Source: Euglena gracilis (taxonomy: Eukaryota). Taken from it: a DNA stretch of 64,000 nt. The stretch lies in the NCBI GenBank assembly GCA_039621445.1, contig CP154954.1, positions 25,370,954 to 25,434,953 on the forward strand, read 5' to 3'. Below the pieces are notes generated by a model that had not been told where the DNA came from, made no database searches, and saw only the letters and a program-made list of their open reading frames with translations. The translations under genes were made by a program, and so were the position numbers. Shown here one piece after another: positions 12,955 to 26,892 of this stretch (position 1 is the first letter of the stretch; the number at the start of each line of letters is the position of its first letter).

Positions 12955-13729
12955 GTGGCGCAGACTTCCCCAATTTTTCTTTTCCCTCCCCAACCCTTCA
13001 GAGACAGATTTATTTGGTACTTCGCACTTCGTGAAGACGCCATCCTCCTCCCCCGAAAAAAAAACACAGCTACCCTTCTCAGGGGGGGGGGACAGGTTGG
13101 GTCAAGCACCTTCGGCGATGCAGGGCGATGCAGGGCGATGCAGGGTGATGCGGGAATTTTGGAGGCGAAAGGTGGGGTTCCGATGCAGGGCGACGCGGGG
13201 ATTTTTTTGGATTTTTTGGATGCGGGGATTTTGGATGGCTGAAGTGGGGTCCATATTTGGGCCCATACTGCTGGGCGATGCAGGGCGATGCGGGGCCCAA
13301 AGGGGTGGGTGACTGAAGGTGCTTGGTTGGGGGGGAGGGGGCTGGGTGACAGGTTTACCGGGAAAGGGTGAAAAAAAAGCAGTTATTTCTGGGGAGGCTG
13401 ACATAGCCGAAGATCGGGGCAGTAGGTACTCTGGCAGGCGGGGGGTGGGGGGGGGCAGGAGGGCATTTTTGTCGGTTTTGAAGTGGGTAGCGCCACAGAA
13501 CACCCAGCGGCGCCGACCGAAGGTGCCAGGTGCCTGGAAACGGCTTTTGTAAAGGAAGATTGCTTGGTTTCCTAGGGCCGTGACCCAACACCAACCCTTC
13601 AGGTGCGGCTGCCCCACAACCTCAAGCAGCGTTGATCTTTCCGTTTGAGACCTTTTTTTTTGGTCTTCAGTGCCAATGGTCCTCACGGGCACCATCACCC
13701 TGATTTTGCAATCAATCTTCAGGTAACGT

Positions 13730-13730
13730 T

Positions 13731-13761
<31 letters not shown>

Positions 13762-13890
13762 TACCTACCTACCTACCTACCTACCTACCTACCTACCTAC
13801 CTACCTACCTACCTACCTACCTACCTACCTACCTACCTACCTACCTACCTACATACATACATACATACATGCACGCATGCATGAATGCAT

Positions 13891-13929
<39 letters not shown>

Positions 13930-14800
13930 TCCCCGCAGGCAGGCATACATACATACATACATACATACATACATACATACATACATACATACATACATAC
14001 ATGCATGCATGCATGCATGCATGCATGCATGCATGCATGCATGCCAGGCTTTTGCTTAAGGGATTGCAGTACCCCCCCGGGGGGGGGGCTGGACTGCAGC
14101 TAGTCCAAATTTGGCTAGTGGGTTTTCTAGCAGACCCCCCCCCCCCCCCGGGGGGGGGGTCTGCTAGCAGGGCTAGCTAGTGGAAATTTTTTTTCCAGTG
14201 ACCGGCGCGAAGCGCCGAAAATTTTTTTTTGGACCCCCAAAAATGGCCAAAAATGCCCGTTTTTGGCCATTTTTGGGAATTTTTGGAACAAAATCAGCCC
14301 AAAACCTGTTAAAAACCTCATTTTTCCTCCGGCGCGCAGCGCCGGGGGAAATTTTTTTTCCAGTCTGGGGGGCCCCCGGACCCCCCCCCCCCCCGGGGGG
14401 GGAGGGGGGGGGTCTAGCTAGTCCACTTTTTCCAGTGTCTAGCCGATTGGCTAGCCAGTACCCCCCCCCCGGGGGTCCTTAAGCAAAAGCCTGATGCATG
14501 CATACATACATACATACATACATACATACATACATACATACATACATACATACATACATACATACATACATACATACATACATACATACATACATACATA
14601 CATACATACATACATACATACATACATACATACATACATACATACATACATACATACATACATACATACATACATACATACATACATACATACATACATA
14701 CATACATACATACATACATACATACATACACACATACACACATACATACACACATACACACTCATACATACATACATACGTACGTATTTACATTCATACA
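13730..14800. repeat. Compound microsatellite (TACA)n/(TACC)n/(GCAC)n/(ATGC)n interrupted by a MITE
   Basis: Directly visible tetranucleotide runs. Confidence 0.97.
14045..14493 (+). mobile_element. MITE family A (hAT-like, 8-bp TSD)
   Basis: Perfect 17-bp TIR CAGGCTTTTGCTTAAGG / CCTTAAGCAAAAGCCTG; TSD ATGCATGC (within a microsatellite, so weak on its own). Confidence 0.92.
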
Positions 14801-14802
14801 TA

Positions 14803-14979
14803 CCTCCCCCCCTTGTTGTTGACACGGCGTGTCGTTGACACACCTCCCGTGTCAACGACACTTTTTGAGAACATTACATATTGAATCACAGTGACATTGG
14901 CAGGGCGTGTCGTTGACACACCCCCAGTGTCAACGGAACTCTTTTGGAACATTGGCGTGTCAACGACAAGGGGGGGAGG
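14803..14979. mobile_element. TA-MITE family C
   Basis: TA|CCTCCCCCCCTTGTTGTTGACACG ... CGTGTCAACGACAAGGGGGGGAGG|TA; related sequence near 27970-28120. Confidence 0.88.
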
Positions 14980-14985
14980 TACATG

Positions 14986-15340
14986 CCAGACAATTGCTTA
15001 AGCACTGACCTACCCCCCCCCCCCCCCCGCGGGGTGGGTGACTGGTTTTTTCAAAGTGACTGACTGGTTTTTGGCCCGACCCCCCCCCCCGGGGAGGGGG
15101 TCGGCCAGGAGTGGGCAAAAGTGGCTTGAGTGACCCCGGCGCCGAAGGCGCCGGAAAAAAATTTTTGGCCTAAAATGGCCTAAAGTGACTGGAAAGTGGC
15201 CGTTTTTCTGAGTGGCCGACCCCCCCCCCCGGGGGGGGGTAGTGACTGGCTGGTTTTTTGAAAATGAGTGACTGACTGGTTTTTAAAAAAGTGGAGTGAC
15301 CCCCCTCTCCCCCCCCGGGGGTCGGTAAGCAATTGTATGG
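14986..15340. mobile_element. MITE family D
   Basis: TIR CCAGACAATTGCTTA / TAAGCAATTGTATGG; internal GTGACTGACTGGTTTT repeats shared with 46417-47224. Confidence 0.75.
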
Positions 15341-15779
15341 TACATACCCCAGTAGTTAAACAGGTGGGATCAGACCCCCTGCGTTCATAAAGAGAAAGTT
15401 CGCCAGTTTTTTGCGCTATCCCGAACAAATTTGTAGTTTGGAAATATCCATATAGGATTTAGGATAGGGGCAGTGTTTGGGTTAGGGTTAGGATTATTAT
15501 TATGTTGAGAATTAGGGAAATGGTTATGATTAGAAAGTTTGGCTTGTTTCAGGGCCCAAAATTAGGCTAATTCAAGCGTACGTGTAAACCCAATACTAAT
15601 ACCTTTCTTAGTGACAATCATTCTCCGCCTAAAAATGCTCAGGGACAGTGTATTTTGCGGTGTATTTCGACTCCCGAATGAGTTTCTAGCACCTGTACCA
15701 GAAAAGAACCAATGCCAGGCACTGTTGCTGTCTAAACCATTGTGAAAAAGCAATCTAGACGAGCAAGGATGCAGTAACA

Positions 15780-16130
15780 TACCTCACTTGCTCCCCAGGC
15801 CTCACCCGGACAATCTTTCCTTCCGACAAAATGATCTTCGACCAGTCGAACACCTGATGCTTCCTGGCGTACTCCAGTCTCTTGCGCTTGTTCGTCCAGG
15901 ACAGCAGTGGCTTCTGCACGTCCCGAACGACGCAACATGCGCTGCACCGTTGATTTTGAAGGGCGCGCTGGTATCTGCAAATGGTTACAACAACACAGAC
16001 AAGCCCCAGAAGCATTTGTACACCTATATCACAGTTCCAGGGGGTCGGTTGGTCAATGCTCCCAGCATGACGGCGTGTAACGCCAGCTGGGTCGCCCCCG
16101 AGAAAGGATGTTTGTTTTTTTTGGCGAGGC
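15780..16130 (-). pseudogene. Tc1/mariner transposase remnant (DNA-binding region to the first catalytic Asp region)
   Basis: RGRP, then PSKSTVQRMLRR, frameshift, then KPLLSWTNKRKRLEYARKHQVFDWSKIILSE. Matches the Tc1 pattern KPLL....R..RL..A..H...W..V..SDE. Confidence 0.82.
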
Positions 16131-19100
16131 GGAACAGTGCGTTTTGTACCCGAGCACGCATAAAAACATTGATTCACCCGTCAAAAAGATGGGAAATCAC
16201 ACCTCTGATGCCACAGGGGGACGCCCAGTACCAGTCATTGCGGCGATTTGTCCCGAATCTCGAATCTGCTTGACAATGGAGTGCACGGTGCTGTGGCCGA
16301 GCCGACGTCCCCATAGCTGGAGCTACCACAAAAGGAAGCCCAAATCCGGGCCCGCTGAGCATCATGCTCAGGGCTGGTTCGCTTGGGTGGCATTGTGCAG
16401 AAATGCTCTGCGGATATGCAGAAGCACATTTTATATTACCATGCCACCAAATGGGACAGGCGATATGGCAATATGCACGTCGTGCGGAACTGCAGTGGAT
16501 CCTTCACATTTTTCCTTTGGGAGGGTGTACGAGTAGTTATGACCCTGTGCGAGCAGTTTTGACCTACTGTACCAGAAAACATCAAAGCATGCCATCAAAG
16601 CCCCATCTGCACATGTTTGAGGAAGTGGACCCCCGCCCCCCGACTAACGAATAGCCTCCTCTGGGGGCTGGTAATTAGCTGCTGCCTAAAATAATAAGCA
16701 CAAAGACAACAGCAGGCACCTAAAATCGTCGACAAAAAAACATAGTTGCATTTAAGACAGAGGACCTCTGCCATCCATAACGTCCTTCCCCCCCTTATAA
16801 GACACCTTCAGCTGCTATTGCAGCTGCCGAAAATTGTCCCTGGGAGTACCTTGATTTCAGCTTTCTGTTCCCTGTTGTAAATGTCTTTTGTATGTGCAAA
16901 AAATTTACCTGGCATTTTACAAGATGTTTTGCAATACGACAAAAGTGACGTTGAAGAAAGTATGACATTTCCTCGGATTGGCTGTAATTTTCCGTCTGCT
17001 TTTCAGGGCGGTTTTCATTCGCTTTTCTGAAATCCCCCAAATGTGCCATATGTGACAGGTGGTCCGAAAACACCCAAAGGGTTTCTTACGTGAGGGGTGC
17101 TTTATCCGACATACATCGGAGGGGCTTCTTGCTACGCAATGCACATAATTTGACACCTGGACGTGCTGAAATGTCTTGTCTTTCTTCCGCAGTTTTCGCA
17201 TCCACCGCATGCTCAATTTCGGACCCAGGAAGCGCAATGTTTCTAAATTTAACCCCCCCCCGGATGGTTGCTCCTCCAAAAGTTCTTGGAAAGGTTTGGT
17301 GTGGACAAATGAAATTGGATGGAAGTTTTGGGTCGTTTCGTCTCATTTTTCTTTCTCGCAATTGTGTGAAGATTGTCTGTTTCGGGTGGAATTGATTCCT
17401 ATTGTTATAAATATTGTTTTTGATGGGGACGGACCTATGAAAGAGGTTTCTTTTGTCGACAGTGAGGATTAATTTCCTGGCCGGATTGGCACGCGCATCC
17501 CAATTTGCATTGTTAATGTCCTGCAGCAATGCAAACCTTCCCCCTCGTGCATCGGGTTAATGGTTGTGGCCCCTCTTTTCCTAACCCCCCTGATTTTTGC
17601 AGTCACTACCCCTCACAAAGTTTTCCATCTGGGCTTTCAGGTAAAATACAGCTATTTTTTCAATCGAGTTTGTCCCCTTAATTGGGACGTTGCAGCCAAT
17701 ATGGTGTCCTAAGGCGTCCCCAAAGGCTTGTCCAAATGTTGGATTGCCCAGGCCAATGTATTGGCTGGGTATTAAATTTTCAGGCGGGGAATTGGTAACT
17801 GCAATTTTCCCACAATTTCCACAATTTTCTGCACCGTGCCACCCCGATCAATTTAACCCCCACTTGGGAAGCCAAATTTCCTGAAATTTTGGGGGAGTTG
17901 TTTGATGGTTTTTTGGGTTGACTGCGAATTTTGGCCTCCTAAAAGAGGACTGCCTTTGAAATTGAAAACAATCCATGAGAAAGCGTGTGCAAATCGGTTC
18001 TCAAGTGATGGGAGCAAGAAATGGATGACGCCCACGACCATTTATGTTTCCAAATTTACTCAAAATTTGGCACTAAACCTGTGACTTTTTGAAGACAGCT
18101 TAGATTGACATCCTCTTTTTGGGCTTGCCACAGAATTCCTTTTTTATTTCCGTCCTGGCTGAAAATATATCTGTGACTGTCCGTGATTTTCCGTGAATTT
18201 TCATAAATTTCCTTTTTTTGAAAGCCAATGTTCACGATCGTGTGCAGGGGGGAAAAACCAATGAAAGATTGCCCAGATATCAGTCCAGTCATCAGATCCT
18301 ATCTAAACCTGTAGATGAATTTGAAAATTGTTCAAAATGGAGGGAAAGCACAAAAACAACTTTTTTGACCTCCTGAAGATGTTAAGTAGTGTCAAACTGC
18401 TTGAATGTCGCAAATGATTGTGTTTTGGTATGGTGGGGATCCCATGCTCTTGGCAGCAAACTTCTCCAGCAAGAACCTAAAGCCCAGGCACCTGGAGCTA
18501 CACTTTAAGATTGACATTTTTAGGTGCGCTTATAGGGGAGGTTAGTCAACCCCCCCCCCTAATAGAAGCACGGGGCCGCTACAAGCGCAGGGTCCAAATA
18601 AAAGCGCACCCCCCGCCGCCGAAGGCGGCGGTCCGCTGCAAGCGCACCCCCCATTTTGATGGGATTCCTAAAGGAAATCAACAAAAATCACTCAAATTTC
18701 TGAGGTCTATTTTCAAATCAATCATAAGAAAAGACCACCAGAAGTCCATTTTGACCATTTTTTGAGTTCCCATCAATTCATCAAAAAAAATTTTTGAGTT
18801 TCCTATATGTTTCCAAGGTCAACATTTTCCAATGATTTTTCCCGTAATTTTTGTCTCTCTCTGTAATTGGAAGCGATGAATTGCACAGGTTATGATGCAG
18901 TTGTTTTGGGGACAAAAACGCCCTAGAATTATGATTTTCAGAACCACCTCTTGGTTAAAATGCTAAAGTGGCTTTTAAATGGCCTAAAACGGGCAAAATG
19001 TTGGGCTTCATTATAGGTGCTTGCTCCCGGCCTGCGCTGCAGACCGTACATTTTTTCGAAGAAATGGTCGAAGTCCCTTAATCTCGGTCTTTTGGTCCGA

Positions 19101-22100
19101 AGAGCTTGAGAAACCAATGCCCCATGGGGGGCGGGGCGGGCGACCGGAAGTGCCTGGTTTTCAACTTTGATTTTTTGATTGGCTTCTCAAAATGGGAGAC
19201 TGATCTTTCCAACGGGTGGCGAGTGATTGCCCCGCCACTTCCCTGCCTGTGTCCCCTCCCAAAGCAGTGGACTCCCCCAGGTCCTGCCACACCTCTCTCC
19301 CCATTATCTTTTTTTTCCCTTTTGGAAGAGGGCCATAGTCCGAGCCGGTCCCCTCGCCAGGCACACGGCGTGCCTCGCTTCCTGTCCGGGTGTATGTCTC
19401 CCCTGCCTACCCCACGTGGAGCTTTATGGCTGTGGCGCTGTTCCGTCCCTGCTGGACCGCACTGACAGCAGTGATCGCCAGACATAGGGCCCATAAACCT
19501 CCGTTTTGTTTGTATGGTCTTTGGGACCTTTGGTAAAAGAGGTTATTTGGAGTTTGTTATTTGGATTTGGGTGTACGGAGTCTGAAGGCTCCCCTGTTGC
19601 CCAACTCAAAACTGTGGGGCGCTTTGTGGCTCAGCCCCAGCCGCTACGGTGAACTCCTGTTCTTTGCAGTGGCCCACCCAGCCGGTCTGGCTATTTATAT
19701 ATGAGATGAAAGAAGGGAGATTGCTTGTCCATACCAACCGCCTGTTTTTCTTGCTGAAGGATGCGTGCTTATGCCGACCATCCCACTGCCTTCTTCAAAT
19801 AAAAATTGAAAAAGAAACTACAAATGCTTGCATGATGATGACGACACGATGATGATGGTGACGTCGGAAACGACGACGACGACAACGATGATGATGGCCA
19901 TGATGATGGTGATGATGATGAGGGTTGTGATGGTGATGGCAGTGGTCATGGTGATGCAATTATGCAACTGTTTTTAACGCTTTTTACAAAAATTGGCCCC
20001 CCACTAACCTTGGTGGGCGGGCGGATGTGGGGTGTGGGATGTGGGAGGTGGGTCAGTCCTTGCCCCAAAATTTATCCAGGCCTTTGAGACCATAGGTCAG
20101 GCACATGCACATCACAAAAAAAAAAAGCTTGCCGATGAACCCAGGAATTTTTTCCAGTCTGCTTTTTCTGTGTATTCCACCGTGTCGCACCATGGAAAAT
20201 GGATGAGAAAGGAATTTCAGTGCCCGAGGAAATACCTCAGTGACAGGTACCCTAATTCCCAACTGCGGTCAGCAGTCTTTCACGGAATGAGTGAAAAGCC
20301 GGTGAATGCGCAAAAGCACAAAAAGTGTGTTGTGTCTTGCTTTAAATCACAGATACATTGCCGAATAGTTGCACTCCCAGGTGGGCCGGCCAACCTCCAC
20401 GCCACCTCCCCCGCCTGGCCTGGGTTTGAAACCACATGGCTGAAGTGTAGACCTCCCTGCGAGGATCGAATGGTGTCCGAGGACGAGGCAGCCCTGGTGC
20501 GAAACACGGCAGAGGACGACCACCTGTGGCCTTGTTGGCAAGGCCACAACAAACGTCACCCACCACACAGATCCCTTTTTTATCTTGTACTCAGAGTTCA
20601 AGCTGCAGCACGGAGAACCATACAACACCTGGCCGCTGTGAAGACCAAGGAAAGCACATATGCACACACTTTCTCCACACCCCATCCGCAATGGCTGCAA
20701 TCAAACATGGCACATCGGGGTGAATGCGCACATGCGCATTCCCTTCCTGCGTCGCCCCTTAAGCACGCACGTGCCTTCTCATAGGCACCACGGCGTGTCT
20801 TGCACTCTTGAACCCGGTGCTAGCACAGCATTGTGGCAGGGCAACATCCATGGTGCACTGCTGGCCTTTTTGTTAGCGATTTCAGAGGCGTGTCATTGCA
20901 CAGGTGGATGTGGGGTGATTCATCTCCCCCTCACACACCCATGTTCTACAAGCCCAAAACCACATCATAACAGTGCACAACTCGGGTTCAGGGCAGGCAA
21001 ACAACAGGACATACTCAGTGTGTCCTTCAACATCAATGCGCATGTGCACATTCTCCCTTCCCACAGCCTGTGTCCATTCCAGAAAAATGTGCTCCTGCGC
21101 ATTCTTTTGGGGTTTCCAAAAAATGCACAGGTGCGCGTTCTTCGGCCTTGACACTCCATGACAACCCTATTGTTTTGACCTCGGGAGGGCTGTGTCTCTA
21201 TGGCTGCAAGGAGTTCCTTCCCATGCCGATCCCGAGTTCACCACTCCCAGCCTCTGGAAGCCATCAGCGCACATCAATGAACACAAGGTGGCACACCCAG
21301 GTCCAGGTTTGCCTGCGTCGCCCGTGTTCCAAGTGTCGTGTAAAGTGTGCCGAGTGTGTGTCCAGCCATGCACTGTACCACAGTCATCGCGAAGGAGTTG
21401 TAAACAGCATGATATATAGTTGAAGTAGAATATGAGGGTGTGGTCCTTGTGGTCGTGTTAAATGCAAACAGCTCATTTTTGTGGTGTTTACCCCTAGTCT
21501 GTAAGAGGCACGCAACCATTCAGAATGTGCGCCTGCGCACTCCGCTTCCAGAATGCGCTGATGTGAATTTTCATTAAACCTGCCTGATTTTTTGACTCAA
21601 CGTGCATTCACGGCCGTCTAAGTTACTTTTGCATTATCAGGATCGCTGTGAAATGTGCTTTCTATATTGGGTCATTTGTGGGGTCAAACAAAGCAGAAGA
21701 ATCTTTTGCACAAAAAAAGTCCGGAAATGGCCTTTTGACTGTTATTTGGGGGGGGGGGGCGGGGGGGAATGGGGCGGGGTGGAAGTCCCCCCTTCCCCCC
21801 TGGGCAAATTTTTCGTATTTTCCTCCGCCCCATGCCCAATGAACGCCCTTGCCCAATGAACAGCGGGTGTTCGGACCACCTGGATTGTCACCTCATTGTT
21901 CATTGGGCTTGGGGGGGGGGCATTTTTCAGGGTAAAGCCGTCGAAAAAAATGAAATGTTCTCAAAAACTGGGAAGGGTGAGTGAGGGTTAGCAGGGGGGC
22001 GGAAAGGGGTCTGGGGTGCAGTCCCCCCGGCCAAAAATTCACACATTTTTGCCATCTTCCCGGGGGGGAGCAGTCATTTGATGTTCACTTGGTGTGTATC

Positions 22101-23262
22101 ACCAAAAAAAATTGTATCACGTGTACAATCAAAAAAAATTGTGACCTTACTTGTGTATCACCTCTGTATTACCAAAAAATGTTTTGTGCATCACACGTGC
22201 ATAACCATTTTTTTGTGAATAATCTGTGTATCCCCAAAAATGACCAAAAATCCATTTTTGTTCATAGAGAATTTTTTATCTTTTGTGACGCTCACAATCA
22301 GGGGTTTATTGAAACGGAGGGGACCCTGCCCCCAGGGGGGGACCAGCCAGTAGCACCTGTTTTCCACCTTTTTTTGGGAGGGCACTATTTTTTCTTTTGT
22401 GCTATGAAACAAATTTGACTCAAATTTTTCATTTTTTGGCAGTTTGTATTTGTATGATTTATCAAGAATCTTCGTCATTTTACCACCAATTATTTGCCCT
22501 TCAGAAATTTTTGGATGAGCAAACTGTCCAAACAGCAAACAGGGTGACGAAAAGATTTAACTAACAGTTTAAGGACCATTTACTGTGATTTTTTTTTTTT
22601 TGCATTGGAGCAAATGTGTCTGGGACCAAAGCTGAATTTAATGGCGTGGCCGACCTCTCCCCCCGCCCGAGAGGCATTCCAAGATCCATCAGGGTGGCCA
22701 AATTCAGCCTGCCGAGACCAGGTTTGATGAGAAGAGATCGACCGGCCCACACAAAAGGCAATTTTTTCTTTCGGCACTTTGCCCCAGAATTTTGTTACAA
22801 GAATGTACAAAGGAAGAATATAGAATGGACCAAGTTGTCCAAATAGGAATCAATTTTCTCAGGTTTTCTCCTGCTTTAAGAATGTATTCTTATTTTTTTT
22901 CTTTCTTTATTTCTTCATTCATTCATGTATTCATTTGTTTGTTTGTTTTTTCTGTATGTTTATTACTGTGAAGGATTATGGAGCAGTTTGATTTTTTGTT
23001 GGATCTAGCTACAATAACAATAATTTATGGGGGCACGGTGGGTGGGTCCACTAGCCAGTCTGCAGAAAGCATAACGTTCAAGGAATTTTTAGGGGTAGGG
23101 TGGGTGGGTCTGCCGGACCCTCTCCCCGGAGGTTACCCCTAAGCCGCTAAAGCCGCCATCTTTGTTGTTGTTTTTTTGGCACAAAGCGCCAAAAAAATTT
23201 GACCCCAAAGTTGACCCCAAAAAGTGGGTACCCCGGACCATAGATTCAAATCAATAAATCAA

Positions 23263-23364
23263 TGGTGGTGGTAGTTATGGTGGTGGTGGTGGTGGTGGTG
23301 GTGGTGGTGGTGGTGGTGGTGGTGGTGGTGGTGGTGGTGGTGGTGGTGGTGGTGGTGGTGGTGG

Positions 23365-23395
<31 letters not shown>

Positions 23396-23415
23396 TCTGG
23401 TGTTGGTGGTGGTGG
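23263..23415. repeat. (GGT)n microsatellite
   Basis: Directly visible. Confidence 0.98.
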
Positions 23416-24878
23416 CGTTTTGTTACTGTTATTGACGTCGTCGTGTCGTTGCTCTTGTTATGCCATGAATGCATATATTGTCAGGTTTTTTTTAAAGAAC
23501 AGGGTCCCCCCACCCCCAGGGGGGTTCCTGGGACCCTGACCGCCCAATCTTGAAAACCAACCAACCCCCCTGGGGGGAGAAGGGTCACATACACAGGTTT
23601 GATCAACCTTGTTATCTTTTCCTTCTTTTCTATGCAGGATTTTTTTGATTATTGGTACCCCCTGCGCCCCCCCCCCCCCAGGTGCTTGGCCCCCTTCCTC
23701 CTTACATGCAAACTTGGCCCCCCTAAAGTTGGTAAGTAGATGGTCGAAGTCACCATCTCAATGGAATTGAAGTTGAAAATTGTTGCACGGAGGGAACTCT
23801 CCCAAAGCTCTACTCCTTCTTTTGCTCAGTGCAGGAACGGCATGCAATGCTCATTTGTTTTTATATCAGTTGCAGGAAAACCAAAAAAAAAGGAAAATAT
23901 GAGGGAAAAGAGAAAATTTGAATGTGGAGATATCAAAACGCTGTTAGGTTTGGAAAAGGGGGGGCATCTCCTCCCTTCGCAGGCAAGGGCAAGCCGTCAC
24001 GTTTGTGGCAAAAGAACTTGTTGCAAATATTTTGTTGCACGGGCAGCTCCACGTTCTGTCTTTATCTGCCGCTCCTCTGCATTTCTCTGCTGTCAAATAT
24101 TTTCTCAATGACAGTTATTTGAATTAACAGGTGGAAGTTTCACCAAGTCCACCATCTGCAAAGTGGAGGTATGCTGGTTTTTTTTTGCATTTGGCAGTGT
24201 GCTGGCAACAGCTGCAGCGCTGTTATGGAGGGCCTTGGACACCATGTGATTGCCCAGGATCCACAGCCCAAAATCAAAAATTTTCTGGACATTTTTGTTT
24301 TTACCTGTGCATTTCCCCAAGGCTCTTGTACACAAGCTGGATCAATGGTGATCGGTTTCCACCGAGATCTGAAACCGTTTCTTTTCCCCAACCATCACAC
24401 AGCATCAAAGTGTATTGTTAGGGTTCGCCCGACCTTTGCCAGCACAGGTATTTTTAAACCCTGAAACCAGATTTGCCCCCCTTGCCCCGAGGTAACCCTG
24501 CTTTGTGGCATATCCACCCAGGGCGAGGGCTGGCTGCCTGCCGCTGAGGGGCCATCATCCACCACACTTCCTGCGGCTGCCCGGTGCCCATTGCGCCGGA
24601 CGCTGCCAGCCATCGTGGCTCACACCCATCGGTTCATTTAACACCTGCGTGACCGCCTGCCTGGGGGTTTTTTGAGGGTGGGTGGGTGGGTGGGGCCGCT
24701 GGACCCCCCCCCAGGGAAAAATTTAAAGGGATTTCAGCCGATTTTTGCTGGGTTTTGGACGGGTGGATGGGTGGATGGGTGGTTGACCCCCCCGGGGGGG
24801 ATCGTGGGTGGGTGGGTTTTCAAAGAAATATGGATGGGTGGGGTTGGGCCCAAAGAAAAGTGCCCACCGGGGTAACTA

Positions 24879-25286
24879 CCCGCCCCCCTAGTCGTACGAC
24901 CACCCCTCATTTATGACCACCCCCCGGTCACAGGTTGCAGGTCATGGGGGTGTTATGACCACCCCCCCCGGTCACAGGTTGCAGGTTGCGAAAAATTTAA
25001 CCCCCCAAAATAAGTCCCCCCCCCGGCCGGTCCGAGCAAAAATCCATGAAATGGACCCCCCCCCCAAAATAAGGTCCCCCCTGCCGGCGCGAAGCGCCGG
25101 ATTTTTGAAAAATGGGACATTTTGGGGGGGGTAAATCTGCCATTTTGGGACAGTTTTCACACACTTCTACGACCGCCCCCTCATCTATGACCACCCCCCG
25201 GTCACAGGTTGCAGGTTATGGGGGTGTTATGACCACCCCCCCCCGGTCACAGGTTGCAGGAACCCGGTCATATGACAAGGGGGGGG
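24879..25286. mobile_element. MITE family B with an internal insert from another repeat family
   Basis: TA flanks, TIR CCCGCCCCCCTAGTCGTACGACC; ~160 bp extra (about 25000-25160) relative to the copy at 60611. Confidence 0.85.
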
Positions 25287-26892
25287 TAAGTGAATCTGTG
25301 CTCAGACCTCTGCGATGGCGACGTGCCGGTGTGGACAGCGAGCTGCTGCCAGAAGTATTCAGTTTGATTCCCCAATTTCTCCCAGAAGCAGCATCTCGGC
25401 GCCTTAGAAAACTGCGAGGTGGGATTTCCTTATTTCTCACGTTAGGAAGAGAGGTCGGCTTCGTACACCCAGCCAGGGTGTATGAAGGTGAGCCCCCCCT
25501 CCCCCCCGGAAAGTTGTCTTCTGAATAATGCAACCTGAAAGCAAAGAGTGGAGTGGAACCCACTTGGACTCCCCTCCCGATCTTCATATCTTCCTGCGGG
25601 AATTTGACTTTTTTGGTGTTTTTATCTTTTGGTTGGCAGGGTCCGGAGATGTACATCCTTGCAGTTATCTTCTCAATTTGGTTCGTTTGAGGTACCAAGC
25701 CCCAATCGCAGATGCACTCATTTTGAAGGTCTTAATCTGGACTGCATGTGTTTTTCATAATTTCCCAATGGAAAAAGTTGGTCTCGGAAGCTGGTCATGT
25801 ACGGGGCTTGACGCCACCGACGCTTTCACTTGAACGAGTCGCAAGGTGCGCAGGTTCGCTGGGCTGGTTTCTCTCTCTATATGCCCGATCTACCCCATCT
25901 GACACGCGTTATGAATGGCCGCTGTTGATGAACGGGGGTTGGTGTGCTCTTTAAAGGGCCTCTGGGAATACGGGGGGTGGGGGCAGGCAATGGACTGACT
26001 GGAAACAGAGGTTGGCTACTTCTCCGTGTTGCCCAGCTCAGCCTTCTTTTGAGAGATTCAATATTCTGTTGCTTTCCAATGAACACTTCATTCCCGAAGT
26101 TTTGACCCATGCAGGTTCGAGAAGTCTTCACCCCGCGCTTTATTGAACACATCAGTCGAATCATCCCCATGTGTTGACCCCACCTCCCAGCAAGAGCATA
26201 TGAGCAATGGCAGCGGTCCCAAGAAGGTTACACCCAAATGCCTGCGGGCCCACCGGTTCGGGGGTGGCTGTTCAAGTAATGAATAAAAATGTGAAATCAC
26301 GATCTTTTTGAGATGCCGCAGTGTGTCGTCGTGCTCCAGGCACAGAGTTGCCACCCTGCACGAAACACCATCACCAGGTCACAGTTGAGAATGGGAGAAG
26401 TAAGATGCAAATTTAATCTTTACAGAACCGACACTGCAAAATTTTTTAAGAGAATAGTCCTGCAGCGATGGAGAAAGCAGACATGGAAAGAAGATGACAC
26501 AAAAAATTAAGGATGTGCAGAATTTTCAATTGAAAAGCAAACAAAAAGAAAAAACATTACTTGTTATTTGGTAAGAAATGGAAGCACCGTATTCAACCGA
26601 ATTTGCTCATTGATCTAATTGGCTTATTTTTGCTTTCCTGGGGGGAAGAGCACCACTCTGGCAGGCAAGAGAAAGGGAAAGCAAAAACCAAAAAGACCAG
26701 CAAAAGAAACATGCGAAGGGCCAACAGCCATGTTTCTGTAAGTTGCCAGGGCCTCAGACATCGTGTCTCACCTTCTTGGGTGTGGGCCATCGCTCATCCG
26801 CATGCGGCGTTGGTGTGCCATTAAAACGTGGGGTGATGATTTTCCGAACCTGAATGGTGAAAATTTTTAGAGTGCACATTTAATCATGCTTA

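Noticed and set aside
13671-15390. Candidate 3' exons of gene 1 (13671-13722, 15364-15390)
   Set aside because: Splice sites are plausible, but the similarity was to the rejected frame of gene 2, so they are unsupported.
15478-15495. Telomeric TTAGGG repeats (also ~55536)
   Set aside because: Only about two units; too short to call.
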